Shown: positions 11,545 through 23,953 of the stretch, piece by piece
How positions within the stretch are numbered: the first letter of the stretch is position 1
Layout: each line of letters opens with the position of its first letter
Assembly: GCA_038087875.1 (NCBI GenBank)
Contig: CM075992.1
Location: 6,388,001-6,452,000 of the forward strand
From: Malacoraja senta
Taxonomy: Eukaryota
Reading direction: 5' to 3'
Length of the DNA stretch: 64,000 bases
Position numbers and translations under genes: made by a program
The notes under the pieces: generated by a model
What the model was told of the DNA's origin: nothing
The model's database searches: none
The model's input: only the letters and a program-made list of their open reading frames with translations

Positions 11545-12185
11545 CTAATGAGTGGCAGTAATAAGGAAGGCAAAGGCTAGCATTTATTTCAAGAGGGTTA
11601 GAATACAAAAACAGGGATGTAATGCTGAGGCTCTATAAGGCGCTGGTCAGGCCACATTTGGAGTATTGTGAGCAATTTTGGGCCCAATATCTGAGGAAGG
11701 AAGTGTTGGCTTTGGAGAAGGTCCAGAGGAGGTTTACAAGAACGATCCCAGGAATGAGTGGGTTAACCTATGATGAAAGTGTGTCGGCACTGGGTCTGGA
11801 GTTTAGAAGAATGAGGGGAGACCTCATTGAAACGGTGAAAGGCTTGGATAGAGGATGTTTCCACTAGTGGGAGAGTCTAGGACTAGAGGTCATAGTCTCA
11901 GAATTAAAGGACGCTCCTTTAGGAAGGAGATGAGGAGGAATTTCTTTAGTTGGAGGGTGGTGAATATCTGGAATTCTTTGCCACAGAAGGCTGTGGAGGC
12001 CATGTCATTGGATATTTTCAAAGCAGAGATAGGTAGATACTTGATTCGTACAGGTGTCAGAGGTTATGGGGAGAAGGCAGGAGAAGGCAGGAGAATGGGG
12101 TTAGGAGGGAGAGATAGACCAGCCATGACTGAATGGCGGATTTTACTTAATGGGCCGAATGGCCTAATTCTGCTACTATCACATG
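11545..12185 (+). mobile_element. CR1 LINE 3' fragment
   Basis: LYKALVRPHLEYCEQFW, ESRTRGHSLRIKG and VVNIWNSLP are CR1 ORF2 C-terminal motifs; frameshifted. Confidence 0.9.
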
Positions 12186-12880
12186 ATCTTATGACAGAGA
12201 GAGGATGAGAAGTTCAGAAGGAAAGAATGAGAGTGACAGTCAAGAACGCAAGGTTCCCATTCCCTCCCACATCCCAAAGACGATCGGGTTTGTCGGTTAA
12301 AAGGCCTCTCAAGATTGCCCCTAGTGTGTAGAGAGTGCACGAACTGTGGGTGGCTTGGATGTCATCGTGTATGGTCTTCCTGCTGAATGGATAGCATGCA
12401 ACGAAAAAAAAGCTTTGAAACGAAGGCAGGTGGGACTAGTGTTGCTAGTGCGTGTTGGTTGGAGTGGGCAAGTTGGGCCAAAGGGCCTGTTTGCTCGCTG
12501 TATCATTCCATGATTCTAATGAGGCCTCACCTTGTCTTTATCTTGTTTTGAAGATGTTCTGAGCTGAATGACAGATGATTGTTTCATCTGCGTTTGTTTG
12601 TTGAAGGTTGGGAACAAGATTGTCGAGAGAGTTGGTCGAGTCAATGGATTCACCACTCTCAAATCATCGGTCCAGTATAATGTAATCGAGCTTGTACATA
12701 TTCAATAATGAGGCTTTAATGGCCAAGATGTACCATACACCGCAGACTGGTTCCAGAAATCGTAACATCAATGTACATGTTACCTATCATGGCTAGACAC
12801 GGCCATCATGGCTAGTGTGTAGGGAGGAACTGCAGATGCTGGTTTATACTGAAGATAAATGCAAAATGCTGGAGTAACTC

Positions 12881-13137
12881 AAATTTTTCTGTTGCGATTT
12901 TAAAGGGGAATTTTAATAGGTGTGTAGATTCTTGAGGTTTTAACGTCATGATTTCACTTTTATTCCAATTTATTCTATATCCAGAAAAAGAACCGAATTC
13001 CTCTATTAAATTTAATAAGTTTGGTATGCTCGTTTGTGAATTTGTAATGTATAAAAGTATATCGTCTGCATATAATGAAATTTTATTATTTGAGTCCCTA
13101 GTATTATATCCCTGAATATTCGGATGAATTCTTATAC
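12881..13137 (-). mobile_element. Internal L1 RT fragment inside a Penelope-type repeat
   Basis: IRIHPNIQGYNTRDSNNKISLYADDILLY...KIATEKF; flanked by GCTGGAGTAACTC (12868-12880) and GCTGGAATAACTC (13138-13150). Confidence 0.85.
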
Positions 13138-13499
13138 GCTGGAATAACTCAGCGGGACAGGCAGCATCTCTGGAGAGAAGGAATGGGTGACGTTTCAGGT
13201 CGAGACTCAATTCGAAGCATCACCCATTCCTTCTCTCCAGAGATGCTGCCTGTCCCGCTGAGTTACTCCAGCACTTTGTGTCTATCTTCGATTTAAACCA
13301 GCATCTGCAGTTCTTTCCTACACATTTTACCTATCAGTGCCACAGGATGACAAGAGTGGAAAACCATGAGGACATTAGGACCATTGCCAGAGGCCACTGT
13401 CATAGCTGGAATACTGGTGATAATCTGTGTGTGAGGCAGTGTTTGTGTGTCGTATATCCAGCATGCTTGGTAATGCTTGATATGCTTGGTGATATTTGA

Positions 13500-14575
13500 T
13501 ATATTTGGTGACAGTGGAACAGTTGGAGATACTTGGTACACTTGTAGATAATTAGTATACTTGTACATGCTCAATACAATTATAGATAGTACACTGGTAG
13601 ACAGAACACTTGTAGATTCTTAGTACACTGGTAGATGGTACATGTGTAGATGGTACACTTGTAGATGGTACACTTGTAGATGCTTGGTACATGTGTAGAT
13701 GGTACACTTGTAGATGGTACACTTGTAGATGGTACACTTGTAGATGGTTGGTACATGTGTAGATGGTACACTTGTAGATGGTACACTTGTAGATGCTTGG
13801 TACATGTGTAGATGGTACACTTGTAGATGGTACACTTGTAGATGCTTGGTACATGTGTAGATGGTACACTTGTAGATGCTTGGTACATGTGTAGATGGTA
13901 CACTTGTAGATGGTACACTTGTAGATGGTACACTTGCAGATGGTACACTTGTAGATGGTACACTTGTATATGGTACATGTGTAGATGGTACACTTGTAGA
14001 TGGTACACTTGTAGATGGTACACTTGTAGATGGTACACTTGTAGATGGTACACTTGTAGATGGTACACTTGTAGATACTTGGTACACATGTAGATGGTAC
14101 ACTTGTAGATGGTACACTTGTAGATGGTACACTTGTAGATGGTACGCTTGTAGATACTTGGTACACATGTAGATGGTACACTTGTAGATGGTACATGTGT
14201 AGATGGTACACTTGCAGATGGTACACTGGTAGATGGTACACTTGTAGATGGTACACTTGTAGATATTTGGTACACATGTAGATGGTACACTTGTAGATGG
14301 TACACTTGTAGATGGTACACTTGTAGATCCTTTGTACACTTGTAGATGGTACACTTGTAGATGGTACACTTGTAGATAATTGGTACACTGGTAGATACTT
14401 GGTACACTTGTAGATGGTACACTGGTAGATGGTTCACTTGTAGATGCTTTGTACACTTGTAGATGCTTGGTACATTGATAGATGGTACACTGGTAGATAC
14501 TTGGTACACTTGTAGATACTTGGTACATGTAGATACTTAGTTGACTTGTAGATGCGTAGTACACTTGTAGATACT
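13500..14575 (+). repeat. Minisatellite, 15-bp unit GTAGATGGTACACTT with 19-bp variants
   Basis: Directly visible tandem array with a homogeneous centre and degenerate edges. Confidence 0.95.
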
Positions 14576-15794
14576 TTGATAGATTAGATAATAGATTATC
14601 AACACAAGGCTGAGCACAGAAATAACAGAGGGAGAATCCAAAAAGGAAATGAGAGAGAGAGCAGGACATAAGACCAACGGCAAACATTGTGACACAACCT
14701 GTGGGGCTGCTGCATCACAACTCTATTGACCCGCGTTCATTTCTAACCTCAGGTGCAGTCCGTGTGGAGTTCGCACGCTCTCCCTGTGACCGCGCGGGTT
14801 TCCTCCGGTTGCTCCGGTTTCCTCCCACATCCTAAAGACGAGCGGGTTTGTAGGTTAATTGGCCCTCTGTAAATTGCCCCCTAGTGAGTAGGGATCGGAT
14901 GAGAAAATGGGATAACATAGAACTAGTGTGTGAATGGGTGATCGATGGTCAGCGTGGACTCTGTGGGCCAAGTTGGTTGGAGGGCCATCTGACGAAGGGT
15001 CCCGACTCGAAACATCACCCATCCTTTTTCGCCAGAGATGGCTACCTGACCCTCTGCGTTACTCCAGCAGTTTGTGTTTCTCTTCGGTTTAAACCCAGTC
15101 AGTACATGCTGTACCTCTAATCTACTGTAAGCTAAACTAACAGTCAGTTGGATAAGTACGACTTGATAATAGCAATCATATTTGGATTTGTTAAAGATAA
15201 ATCTGGTTGAACTAGTTTGCTGGAGTATTTTTCGATGAGGTGTCAGAGATGGTTTGGCGAGGAAAGTGTGGTCACTGTTCTAAGTTTGGATTTCTGAGAG
15301 GTGTTCAACAAATTGCAACACATTCGACTTGTCAAGACCATGGAGTAAAAGGGGATGTAGCAGCATTTACAGAACATCGGCAGAGTTACAGGAAACTCTG
15401 AGTAGTACTGAAAGGTTTGGTGTTTCAACAGAAGGGAAGTGTGCAGATGAGCGTGCCAGGGGTCAGTACTGGGGCCATTTAAAAAAAAATGTGTACAGGC
15501 CTTCCCTGGGCAACAAACACCACATTTGTATGGATAACCCGATATAGTGATTGTTTGAGGGAATATTGACTGATAGAAAGATACAGCAAGGAAACAACTA
15601 CAGTTTATTCATCTCACAGCACAACTCATTCTTCATAAGTTTATGTGATAGGAGCAGAATTAGGCCATTTGGCCCATCAAGTCTACTCCGCCATTGACTC
15701 ATGGCTGATCTATTTTTCCCTCTTAACCCCATTCTCTTGCCTTCTCCTCATAGCCCCTGACACCCGTACTAATCAAGAATCTATCTATCTCCAC

Positions 15795-16327
15795 CAGGAG
15801 TGGGGAACCTGCATATGGCCTTCGAGGCCATTAAGTGCGGCCTTTTGAATGAATCCAAATTTTGTAGAACAAATCCTATTATTTTTAGTATATGTTTTTG
15901 TTCGTCTTTTATTATCCTCATTTTTATTTAATTATCTATTTATTTTCCAAATGGAAGGAATTTAATGTTTAATTCCCATAAATCAATCTAGAAACTTCCA
16001 CTCTCAATATAATCAAAATTATTATTTTTTTGCACAATACATGTGACTAAAACTGTTGTGGATATTTAGTATACATTTTTTGTATTATTATTTTAATTTT
16101 AATCTTAAAATGAACATATTTAAAATACCAAAGAGTAAAAGAAGATTCAATGAAATAATCCTCCCCGACTGACGGCCACAATTAAAACATTAGTAAGTCA
16201 TGAGGGCTATTTTAACAAAATAATGTACATTTTGAAGTATATCTAATCGAAGTTTCTTGGATGCGGCCTTATTAGATTACAGCTAACTTGATGCGGCCTT
16301 CCAACATGAAAAGGTTCCCCACCCCTG
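15795..16327. mobile_element. hAT (Charlie-like) non-autonomous transposon inside a CR1 fragment
   Basis: TIR CAGGAGTGGGGAACCT...AGGTTCCCCACCCCTG; 8-bp TSD ATCTCCAC/ATCTACAC; subterminal TGCGGCCTT repeats. Confidence 0.85.
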
Positions 16328-16675
16328 ATCTACACCTTACATTGACTTGGCCTCCACAACCTTTTGAGGCAATGAACTCCTCACATCCACCACCCTCTGA
16401 CTAAAGAAATTCCTCCTCGGATCTTTGCCAAAGGAATAAAGTCGCAGCCTGCCCAATCTCTCCCTGTAGCTCAGGCCCTCGAGTCCTGGCACCATCCTCC
16501 TAAACCTCTAAACCCTTTCCACTTTAACGACATCCTTCCACTGCAGCAGGGTGACCAAAACTGAACACGGGACTCCAAATGTTAAATGTGGCGTTAACTT
16601 ATTTGTGCATTAAGTGACAAAGTGAATCTAATGTGGAACTTTGCACCTGATTTCTATTAACAGGAGAAAAAAACT

Positions 16676-16985
16676 TGGTGGCGCAGCGGTAGAGTTGCTG
16701 CCTTACACGGCTTGCAGCGCCAGAGACCCGGGTTGCATCCCGACTACGGGTGCTGTCTGAACGGAGTTTGTACATTCTCCCCGTGACCTGCGTGGGTTTT
16801 CTCCGAGATCTTCAGTTTCCTCCCACACTCCAAAGACCTACAGGTTTGTAGGTTAATTGGCTTGGTATAAAATTTTAAATTGTCCCTAGTGTGTGTAGGA
16901 TAGTGTTCATGTGCGGGGATCACTGGTCGGTGTGGACTCGGTGGACAGAAGGGGCTGTTTCTGCGCTGTATCTCTCACCTAAACT
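16676..16985 (+). mobile_element. V-SINE (HE1-like)
   Basis: tRNA-like head, V-domain and tail. Confidence 0.85.
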
Positions 16986-17397
16986 GTTGAGGACTTGTGG
17001 TTAGATCATAATTGGGAAAGGTGAAATAAACCGTGGTCTCACCAAAGGTGGACAAAAATGCTGGAGAAACTCAGCGCGTGAGGCAGCATCTATGGAGCAA
17101 AGGAAATAGGCAACGTTTCGGGTCGACACCCTTCTTCAGACCACTGTCTCACCAATGTCTTTTATTTAGTACTTACAGTGCCCTCCATAATGTTTGGGAC
17201 AAAGACCCATCATTTATTTATTTGCCTCTGTACTCCACAATTTGAGATTTGTAATAGAAAAAATCACATGTGGTTAAAGTGCACATTGTCAGATTTTAAT
17301 AAAGGCCATTTTTATACATTTTGGTTTCACCATGTAGAAATTACAGCAGTGTTTATACATAGTCCCCCCATTTCAGGGCACCATAATGTTTGGGACA

Positions 17398-18345
17398 CCA
17401 AACATTGTTGCCCTGAAGCCCAAAAACCAATCAAATCTGCTTAATCTTACACGCTGCCTCGAGGATATAAAGTGTTGGATGGCCCAGAACTTCCTCCAAC
17501 TAAACGAGAGTAAGTCTGAGGTCATCCTTCTCGGCCCCTCGGACTCAATCAAAATGATAGCAGGCAGCCTTGGAAGCCTTACCCCACTACTCCAACCTCA
17601 CGTCAAAAACCTTGGCGTGATATTTGACTCAGCACTGAAATTTGACAAACAAGCCAATGCCGTGGTAAAAGCTAGCTTCTTTCAGCTTCGGACGATAGCT
17701 AAAATAAAACAATTCCTACACTTTGATGACCTCAAAAAGATCATCCACACATTCATCTCCTCCCGCCTAGATTACTGCAACCCCCTTTACACTGGCATCA
17801 GCCAATCGTCCCTGTCCCACCTGCAACTGGTCCAAAACGCCGCAGCGAGACTCCTGACGGGCACCCGAAAAAGGGACCACATCACCCCGATCCTGGCCTC
17901 TCTCCACTGGCTCCCTGTGCGGTTCCGTATACATTTCAAGATCCTCCTCTATGTCTACAAAGCCCTCAATGGGCTTGCCCCCACCTACATTAAACGTCTT
18001 CTCACCCACCACTCCACCTCCAGGTCCCTCAGATCGGCCGACTTGGGGTTGAATATCCCGCGGTCTAGGCATAAGCTCAGGGGCGACCGGGCCTTTGAGG
18101 TTGCAGCTCCTAGACTGTGGAACAGCATCCACCTTCCCATCAGAACTGCCCCCTCCATCGACTCCTTTAAGTCAAGACTAAAAACGTATCCATACTCCCA
18201 AGCCTTTCTTGACGTCCTATGAGCGAGGGCTATATGTATATATGTATGTAGTTTGTTTGTTTATACTATTCTTATAACAAATGTAAAGCACTTTGGCCAA
18301 CGAGAGTTGTTTTTTCAATGTGCTATATAAATAAATGTGACCTGA
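17398..18345 (+). mobile_element. L2-clade LINE 3' fragment
   Basis: Open frame WMAQNFLQLNESKSE...VKNLGVIFDSALKF...SRLDYCN...LQLVQNAAARLLT...LHWLPV; short TGAC(C/T) tail. Confidence 0.85.
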
Positions 18346-18413
18346 CTTGTTTCTCAGTCTCATAATGGCTTCTTTGACTTTCATTGGCACAACTTTGGTC
18401 CTCATGTTGATAA

Positions 18414-18910
18414 ATACACAATACACAAATAAAAACATTTCTTCCATCGAACGTGTCCAAAGACAGGCAGCTCGATTTGTTACTAACACCTATGAGAGAG
18501 AAGCGAGTGTTACCAAACTTCTGAATTCTCTGGGGTGGAACCCTCTCCAAGACAGACGTGAAGCTCACCGTTTGACCTGTTTTTACAAAATGTTAAATGG
18601 TCAGCTCGACATAGATTACAAGACCTACACCAAACCCAAACCAATTAGGAGCAGACGAGGGCATTCGATCCAATTTGTGATTCCAGCTACCAAGACAGAT
18701 GTGTACACCAATTCCTTCTTCCCCCGCACAATTACAGCATGGAATAATCTCCACCCTACTTTAGTTACCCAACCAGATGCAACTACATTTAAGGTAGCTC
18801 TTTCTTCCCAAAAACCCTTTCTGGCTTAAGTCCTCCCTCCACCACCTCCAGTTTAAATTCCATTTGGAATATTTTGGAGGACCAAGAAACCAAGAACCAA
18901 GAACCAAGAA
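18414..18910 (+). mobile_element. CR1-group LINE 3' fragment of a different family, with (CCAAGAA)n tail
   Basis: IERVQRQAARFV...SVTKLLNSLGW...NSFFPRTITAWNNL; inserted between GATAAA and CAGCAAT, which are contiguous in the other Tc1 copies. Confidence 0.75.
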
Positions 18911-19686
18911 CAGCAATAAAAGTTTCCAAAGGTGATGGAAAGACTGGAGGAAAGACTAGGTGCTGAGAGCTCTCTTATACCTGCATTAAGGAGGCATTTA
19001 AACACACCTGAGCAATTACAAACACCTGTGAAGCCATGTGTCCCAAACATTATGGTGCCCTGAAATGGGGGGACTATGTATAATCACAGCTGTAATTTCT
19101 ACATGGTGAAACCAAAATGTATAAAAATGGCCTTTAATAAATTCTGACAATGTGCACTTTAACCACATGTGATTTTTTTCTATTACAAATCTCAAATTGT
19201 GGAGTACAGAGGCAAATAAATAAATGATGGGTCTTTGTCCCAAACATTATGGAGGGCACTGTAAGCTCATAAGTGATAGGAGCAGAATTAGGCCATGTGG
19301 CCGGCCCATCAAGTCTACTCCACCAGTCAATCATGGCTGACCTATCTCTACCTCCTAACCCCATTCTCCTGCCTTCTCCCCATAACCCCTGACACTCGCA
19401 CTAATCAAGAATCTGTCTATCTCTGCCTTAAAAAAAAATGCTGGGCTATTCCACAAATAAATGTGCAGAGAGTGAATAAAAATGTCCCAATGTGTTTTTT
19501 TTTTACTAGTTGAGATTGAGTGGAAGGAGTGTTCTGAATAGGTTCCCTTTCTGAGTAGCGTAGTAAACAGAAAGAGCTGAGAAGTGCTGAGAAGTGAGTG
19601 GGAGTGAACCAGAGAAATAGTCAGGGAGGGAGGGAGGGAGGGAGAGAGAGAAAAAGAGAGAGAAAAAGAGAGAGAAAAAGAGAGAG

Positions 19687-19724
<38 letters not shown>

Positions 19725-20969
19725 GGGTCTAGCAACCGTGGGAGGAGTTCCTCTTACGATTGGGTAACAGGCAGAGAGCAAAAAAAAAGTATTGCAACAG
19801 TTTAGATAACTCTGCTGACTAAACAAAATCTGCTTTCGAGGAAGGGGGCATCTTATACTTGGAACTGAGGAGATTGGAGATACTTCCCTCGCGGGAGGGC
19901 AGAGCCATTAGCGGTGGAGGAAGACTGCGAGCTGTTGTGAGTTTTATTTTCTCTGTCCGAACCGTTGAAACCAGGGGCTCGGAGAATTATTCAACGTGGA
20001 GCAGGGAGCGACGAAGTAGAATTTAACCTCGGAGAAAGCTTGGGAGATTTTCAATGGGATTTTAAATGGGTTATTTTGAGGTGTGGGGGGTTTTAAGTTG
20101 AATTGAAGGCGTGTGAAGGTTTCTATCACGGGTTGAGTCCTGGGATATTGTGGGGCGGTCAGGAGACTGGAGAAAAGCCACAGTCAGCATCAGCTACAAG
20201 TAGCCGCGGGTTCGAACCCCGCTCCCGGTGTAGTCGGCGTTGCCACCGGCTAACACACACCACTGCTAGTAATCCTACAGCTAACTACCGCAATCTGCTG
20301 GGATTCTTAATATAAATTAAAATAGGAATTACATCAATTATCCGGAGTGAAAATCAAAATGAAAATCAAAATTAGCTGGTGTTAGATTAAATATAACAGA
20401 CACAGAAATTAAATATAACATGAATAGTACAGAAATATAAATATTGTACTGTATTAGGGTAAGTAGATTAATGGATATTATACAGCAATGGGACATTTGT
20501 TAGAGTGAATATTAAAGGCAAGTACGGTAATTCACACTAAGACAGTTTTATTCTTAATTTATTTTTTAATTCTTAATCTTAATTTTAATCTTGGACGATC
20601 TTTCACACTAACCCTTGTTAATTATCTTTTAGTCTCATTCACTGCGACATTAGTTGCGCCTGATGTATACCTGATGTATAATTATCATTTTTAATCATTA
20701 TAAAAACAGGAAGTGCTGGAAACACTGCAAACCAGGCAGTTTTCAGAAGTTTGAAAGCACCTATCATTGGATTTAAGATCAGCTTTTCCTGCTAAAAAAA
20801 ACGTTTTTATTTTCTGAGGATGTATTCTCAATCTTCCAATCTACCTTGATGCCGTGCTTGCACTTTTTTTACTTGCAATTTCTCTGTAGCTGTAACGGTA
20901 TTCTGCAGTCTGAAGAAGGGTCTTGACCTATTCCTTCTCTCCAGAGATGCAGCTTGTCCCGCTGAGTGT

Positions 20970-22030
20970 AACAGGAAACAAAGAGTAGGAATAAACGCGT
21001 CCCTTTCAGAATGGCAGGCAGTGGCAAGTGGAGTGCTGCAAGGCTCAGTGCTGGGGCCGCAACTATTTACAATATATATTAATGATTTAGATGATGGAAT
21101 TAAAAGTAACACTAGCAAATTTGCAGATGAAACAAAGCTGGGTGGCAGTGTGAACTGCGAAGAGGATGCTAGGAGGTTGCAGGGTGATTTGGACAGGTTG
21201 GGTGAGTGGGCAGATGCATGGCAGTTGCAATATAATGTAGATAAATGTGAGGTTATCCTCTTTGGCAGCAAGAACAAGGAGGCAGATTATTATCTCAATT
21301 GTGTCAATTTGGAAAAAGGGAAGTGCAACGAGACCTGGGTGTCATTGTACACCAGTCACTGAAAGTAAACATGCAGGTACAGCAGGCAATGAAGAAAGCT
21401 AATGGCATGTTGGCCTTCATAACGAGAGGATTTGTGTTTAGGTCCTTCTGCAGTTGTACAGGGCCCTGGTGAGACCACATCTGGAGTATTGTGTGCGTTT
21501 TGGTCTCCTAATTTGAGGAAGAAAATCCTTGCTATTGAGGCAGTGCAGCGTAGGTTCACGAGGTTAATCCCCGGGATGGCGGGACTGTCATATGAGGAAA
21601 GATTGGAAAGACTGGGCTTGTATTCACTGCAATTTAGAAGGATAAAAGGCGATCTTATAGAAATGTATCAAATTATAAAAGGACTGGACAAGCTAGATGC
21701 AGGAAAAATGTTCCCAATGTTGGGAGAGTCCAGAACCAGGGGCCACAGTCTAAGAATAAAGGGGAAGGCAATTTAAAACTGAGATGAGAAAATACTTTTT
21801 CACCCAGAGAGTTGTGAATTTATGGAATTCTCTGCCACAGAGGGCAGTGGAGGCCAATTCACTGGATAAATTTAAAAGAGAGTTAGATAGAGCTCTAGGG
21901 GTTAGCGGAATCAAGGGATATGGGGAGAAGGCAGGCACGGGTTACTGATTGTGGATGATCAGCCATGATCACAATGAATGGCGGTGCTAGCTCGAAGGGC
22001 CAACTGGCCTCCTCCTGCACTTATTTTCTA
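20970..22030 (+). mobile_element. CR1 LINE fragment (RT to 3' end), frameshifted
   Basis: SGVLQGSVLGPQLFTIYINDLD...SKFADETKLGG; VQRRFTRLIPGM; CR1 3' tail. Confidence 0.9.
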
Positions 22031-22708
22031 TGTTTCGGGTTGGGACCCTTCTTCAGAATTTATTATTGTCTTGTGTACCGATGAACTGTGAAGAGCTTTG
22101 ATGTGCATGGTATCCAATCAAACCAAATAACACTATACATGTATACAATCAAGTCGAACTCAAGTACAACAGGTAGAGCAAAGGGGAAGGCACAGAGTGA
22201 AGAATGGTTCTCAGCATTGTAGCACATCAGTTCCAGAGACAAAGTCCAATATCTGCAATGGGATAGACATGAATCGGACAGTACCCTAGCTTATGGAAGA
22301 AGCCTGATAACAGAGGGGAAGAAGCTGTTTCGGCCCGAAACGTTGCCTATTTCCTTCGCTCCATAGATGCTGCTGCACCCGCTGAGTTTCTCCAGCACTT
22401 TCGTCTACCTTCGAAGCTGTTCATAAGTCTGGCGGTGCGCACTTTCAAGCTTCTGTACCTTCTGCCAGATGGGAGCGGGGGGGAAGAAGGAATGACCGGG
22501 GCGGGACAAGTCCTTGATTATGTTGGCTGCTTTTCCGAGGCAGCGTGAAGTGTAGATGGGGTCAATGGTGGGGAGTCTGGTCTGTGTGGTGCGCTGGGCT
22601 ACATCCACAACCAGCGTTGTAATAAATAATTTCCCCATTTGTTGTTGCAACAGGTCGTTTGTTCCCGGTTGAGCCCTGTAGCGGAGGCAAGAGGTTTGGC
22701 CAGTTGGG

Positions 22709-23953
22709 ATGGACATTTCAGCCGCTAAGCCGTGCCTGGAGGGAGGAGGAGGAGGACGGAGGGAGGATGGTGCCACCTCTCCTCGCCCACTGGAGGCAGG
22801 CGCCCCAGGGATGTCCTTCACGGAGGAAGCAGTGTCCCTGCTCACCACCAACAGCCTCCTGGCCAGGTCCCTGCTGGGCACCAGGCCGGCTAAGCCCACG
22901 GACGCCAGCTCCGCCAACCGCAGGAAGCGGGAGTTCACCCCGGATGAGAAGAAGGACAGCAGCTACTGGGACAAGCGCAAGAAGAACAACGAGGCGGCCA
23001 AGAGGTCCCGGGAGAAGCGGCGGGTGAACGACATCGTCCTGGAGCAGAGAGTGATCGGCCTGCTGGAGGAGAACGGCAGGCTGAAGGCCGAGCTCCTGGC
23101 CCTCAAGTTCAGGTGTGGCCTCATCAAGGACCCTACAGAGATGATGGTCACCCAGAGCTCCGCACCCCCCCTCTGTTGCATGACCGGCATCCGCTCGCCC
23201 TTCGAGCCCAGGCCCGAGGCGGGTTACGTCGCACGCCACAAGGCCTTCCCCGCACACGGCCAGCCGCTGGGGAGCAGCCTCGGGGCGGATCAGCAGGAGT
23301 CCGCCATGGTATCCGAGGACTCTGGCATCTCCACCCCTGGAAGCTCCAACGTGGGAAGCCCCGTCTTCTTCGAGGACCACCTGAGCGACCAGGGCAAGTT
23401 CTCCCCCAACCGGGAGTACCACCTGGAGGGCCTGCTCTCCTCCCCCAGCGACGTAGAGGCCGACCTGGGCAGAGCGGGAGAGAACGAGAAGCCCACCAGG
23501 TCCCAGGAGCTGATGGAGTTGGTACGCTGCCTGCCCCATAAGCTGCGCTTTAAGATCGGAGCCGGGGTAGAGGAGATGTTTCAGTCGTCAATGGGCAACA
23601 GAACTGTCTGTGAGGTCCAGGGCAGGGAGCAAGGGCAAGGCTATCACACCAACTCCTCCACGCCTCACTCCGACAGAGTCCCTGCCGCCAGCTTGGTCTC
23701 ACCTGCCTGGAAACCTCACGGCGGGTTCCCATCAGACGAGAGCAGAGGTCCCATCAACAACAGGTACCTTCAGGAAGCTGCCCAGGTCAACACCGCCCAT
23801 GCACCCTCAGACTGCACAAAGACCTCTCTCAAGGTGGACTCCGCATTCAGGTCCGAAAACAATGTCCTCAGGAACCAGCTTGCCTCGCTCTCCGCAGAAG
23901 TCGCACAACTCAAGAAGATATTTTCCCAACAAAGATGTGCTGGTTTCAATTAA
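22709..23953 (+). CDS. nfil3-like: NFIL3/E4BP4-family bZIP transcription factor, 414 aa, single coding exon (NFIL3-like paralogue)
   Basis: Basic region [35 protein letters not shown], zipper [32 protein letters not shown] motif and C-terminal [12 protein letters not shown] helix, all typical of NFIL3; good Kozak context (GGGATGG); GC3-rich codons. Confidence 0.95.
   Translation: MDISAAKPCLEGGGGGRREDGATSPRPLEAGAPGMSFTEEAVSLLTTNSLLARSLLGTRPAKPTDASSANRRKREFTPDEKKDSSYWDKRKKNNEAAKRSREKRRVNDIVLEQRVIGLLEENGRLKAELLALKFRCGLIKDPTEMMVTQSSAPPLCCMTGIRSPFEPRPEAGYVARHKAFPAHGQPLGSSLGADQQESAMVSEDSGISTPGSSNVGSPVFFEDHLSDQGKFSPNREYHLEGLLSSPSDVEADLGRAGENEKPTRSQELMELVRCLPHKLRFKIGAGVEEMFQSSMGNRTVCEVQGREQGQGYHTNSSTPHSDRVPAASLVSPAWKPHGGFPSDESRGPINNRYLQEAAQVNTAHAPSDCTKTSLKVDSAFRSENNVLRNQLASLSAEVAQLKKIFSQQRCAGFN

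Larger units (their letters stand above)
17176..19261 (-). mobile_element. Tc1-like transposon (IR/DR type), internally deleted, hosting two LINE fragments (copy A)
   Basis: TA|CAGTGCCCTCCATAATGTTTGGGAC...GTCCCAAACATTATGGAGGGCACTG|TA; TIRs of about 220 bp with inner direct repeat CCATAATGTTTGGGAC; transposase N-terminus MKVKEAIMRLRNK on the minus strand. Confidence 0.9.

Noticed and set aside
13552..14687. Three long minus-strand ORFs (278-355 aa) with VYHLQ/CTIYK/TSVPS repeats
   Set aside because: Translations of a stop-free 15-bp minisatellite in all three frames.
22718..23539. 273-aa antisense ORF and 177-aa ORF 22405-22938
   Set aside because: Shadows of the GC-rich bZIP CDS; the second runs into a Rex1 fragment.
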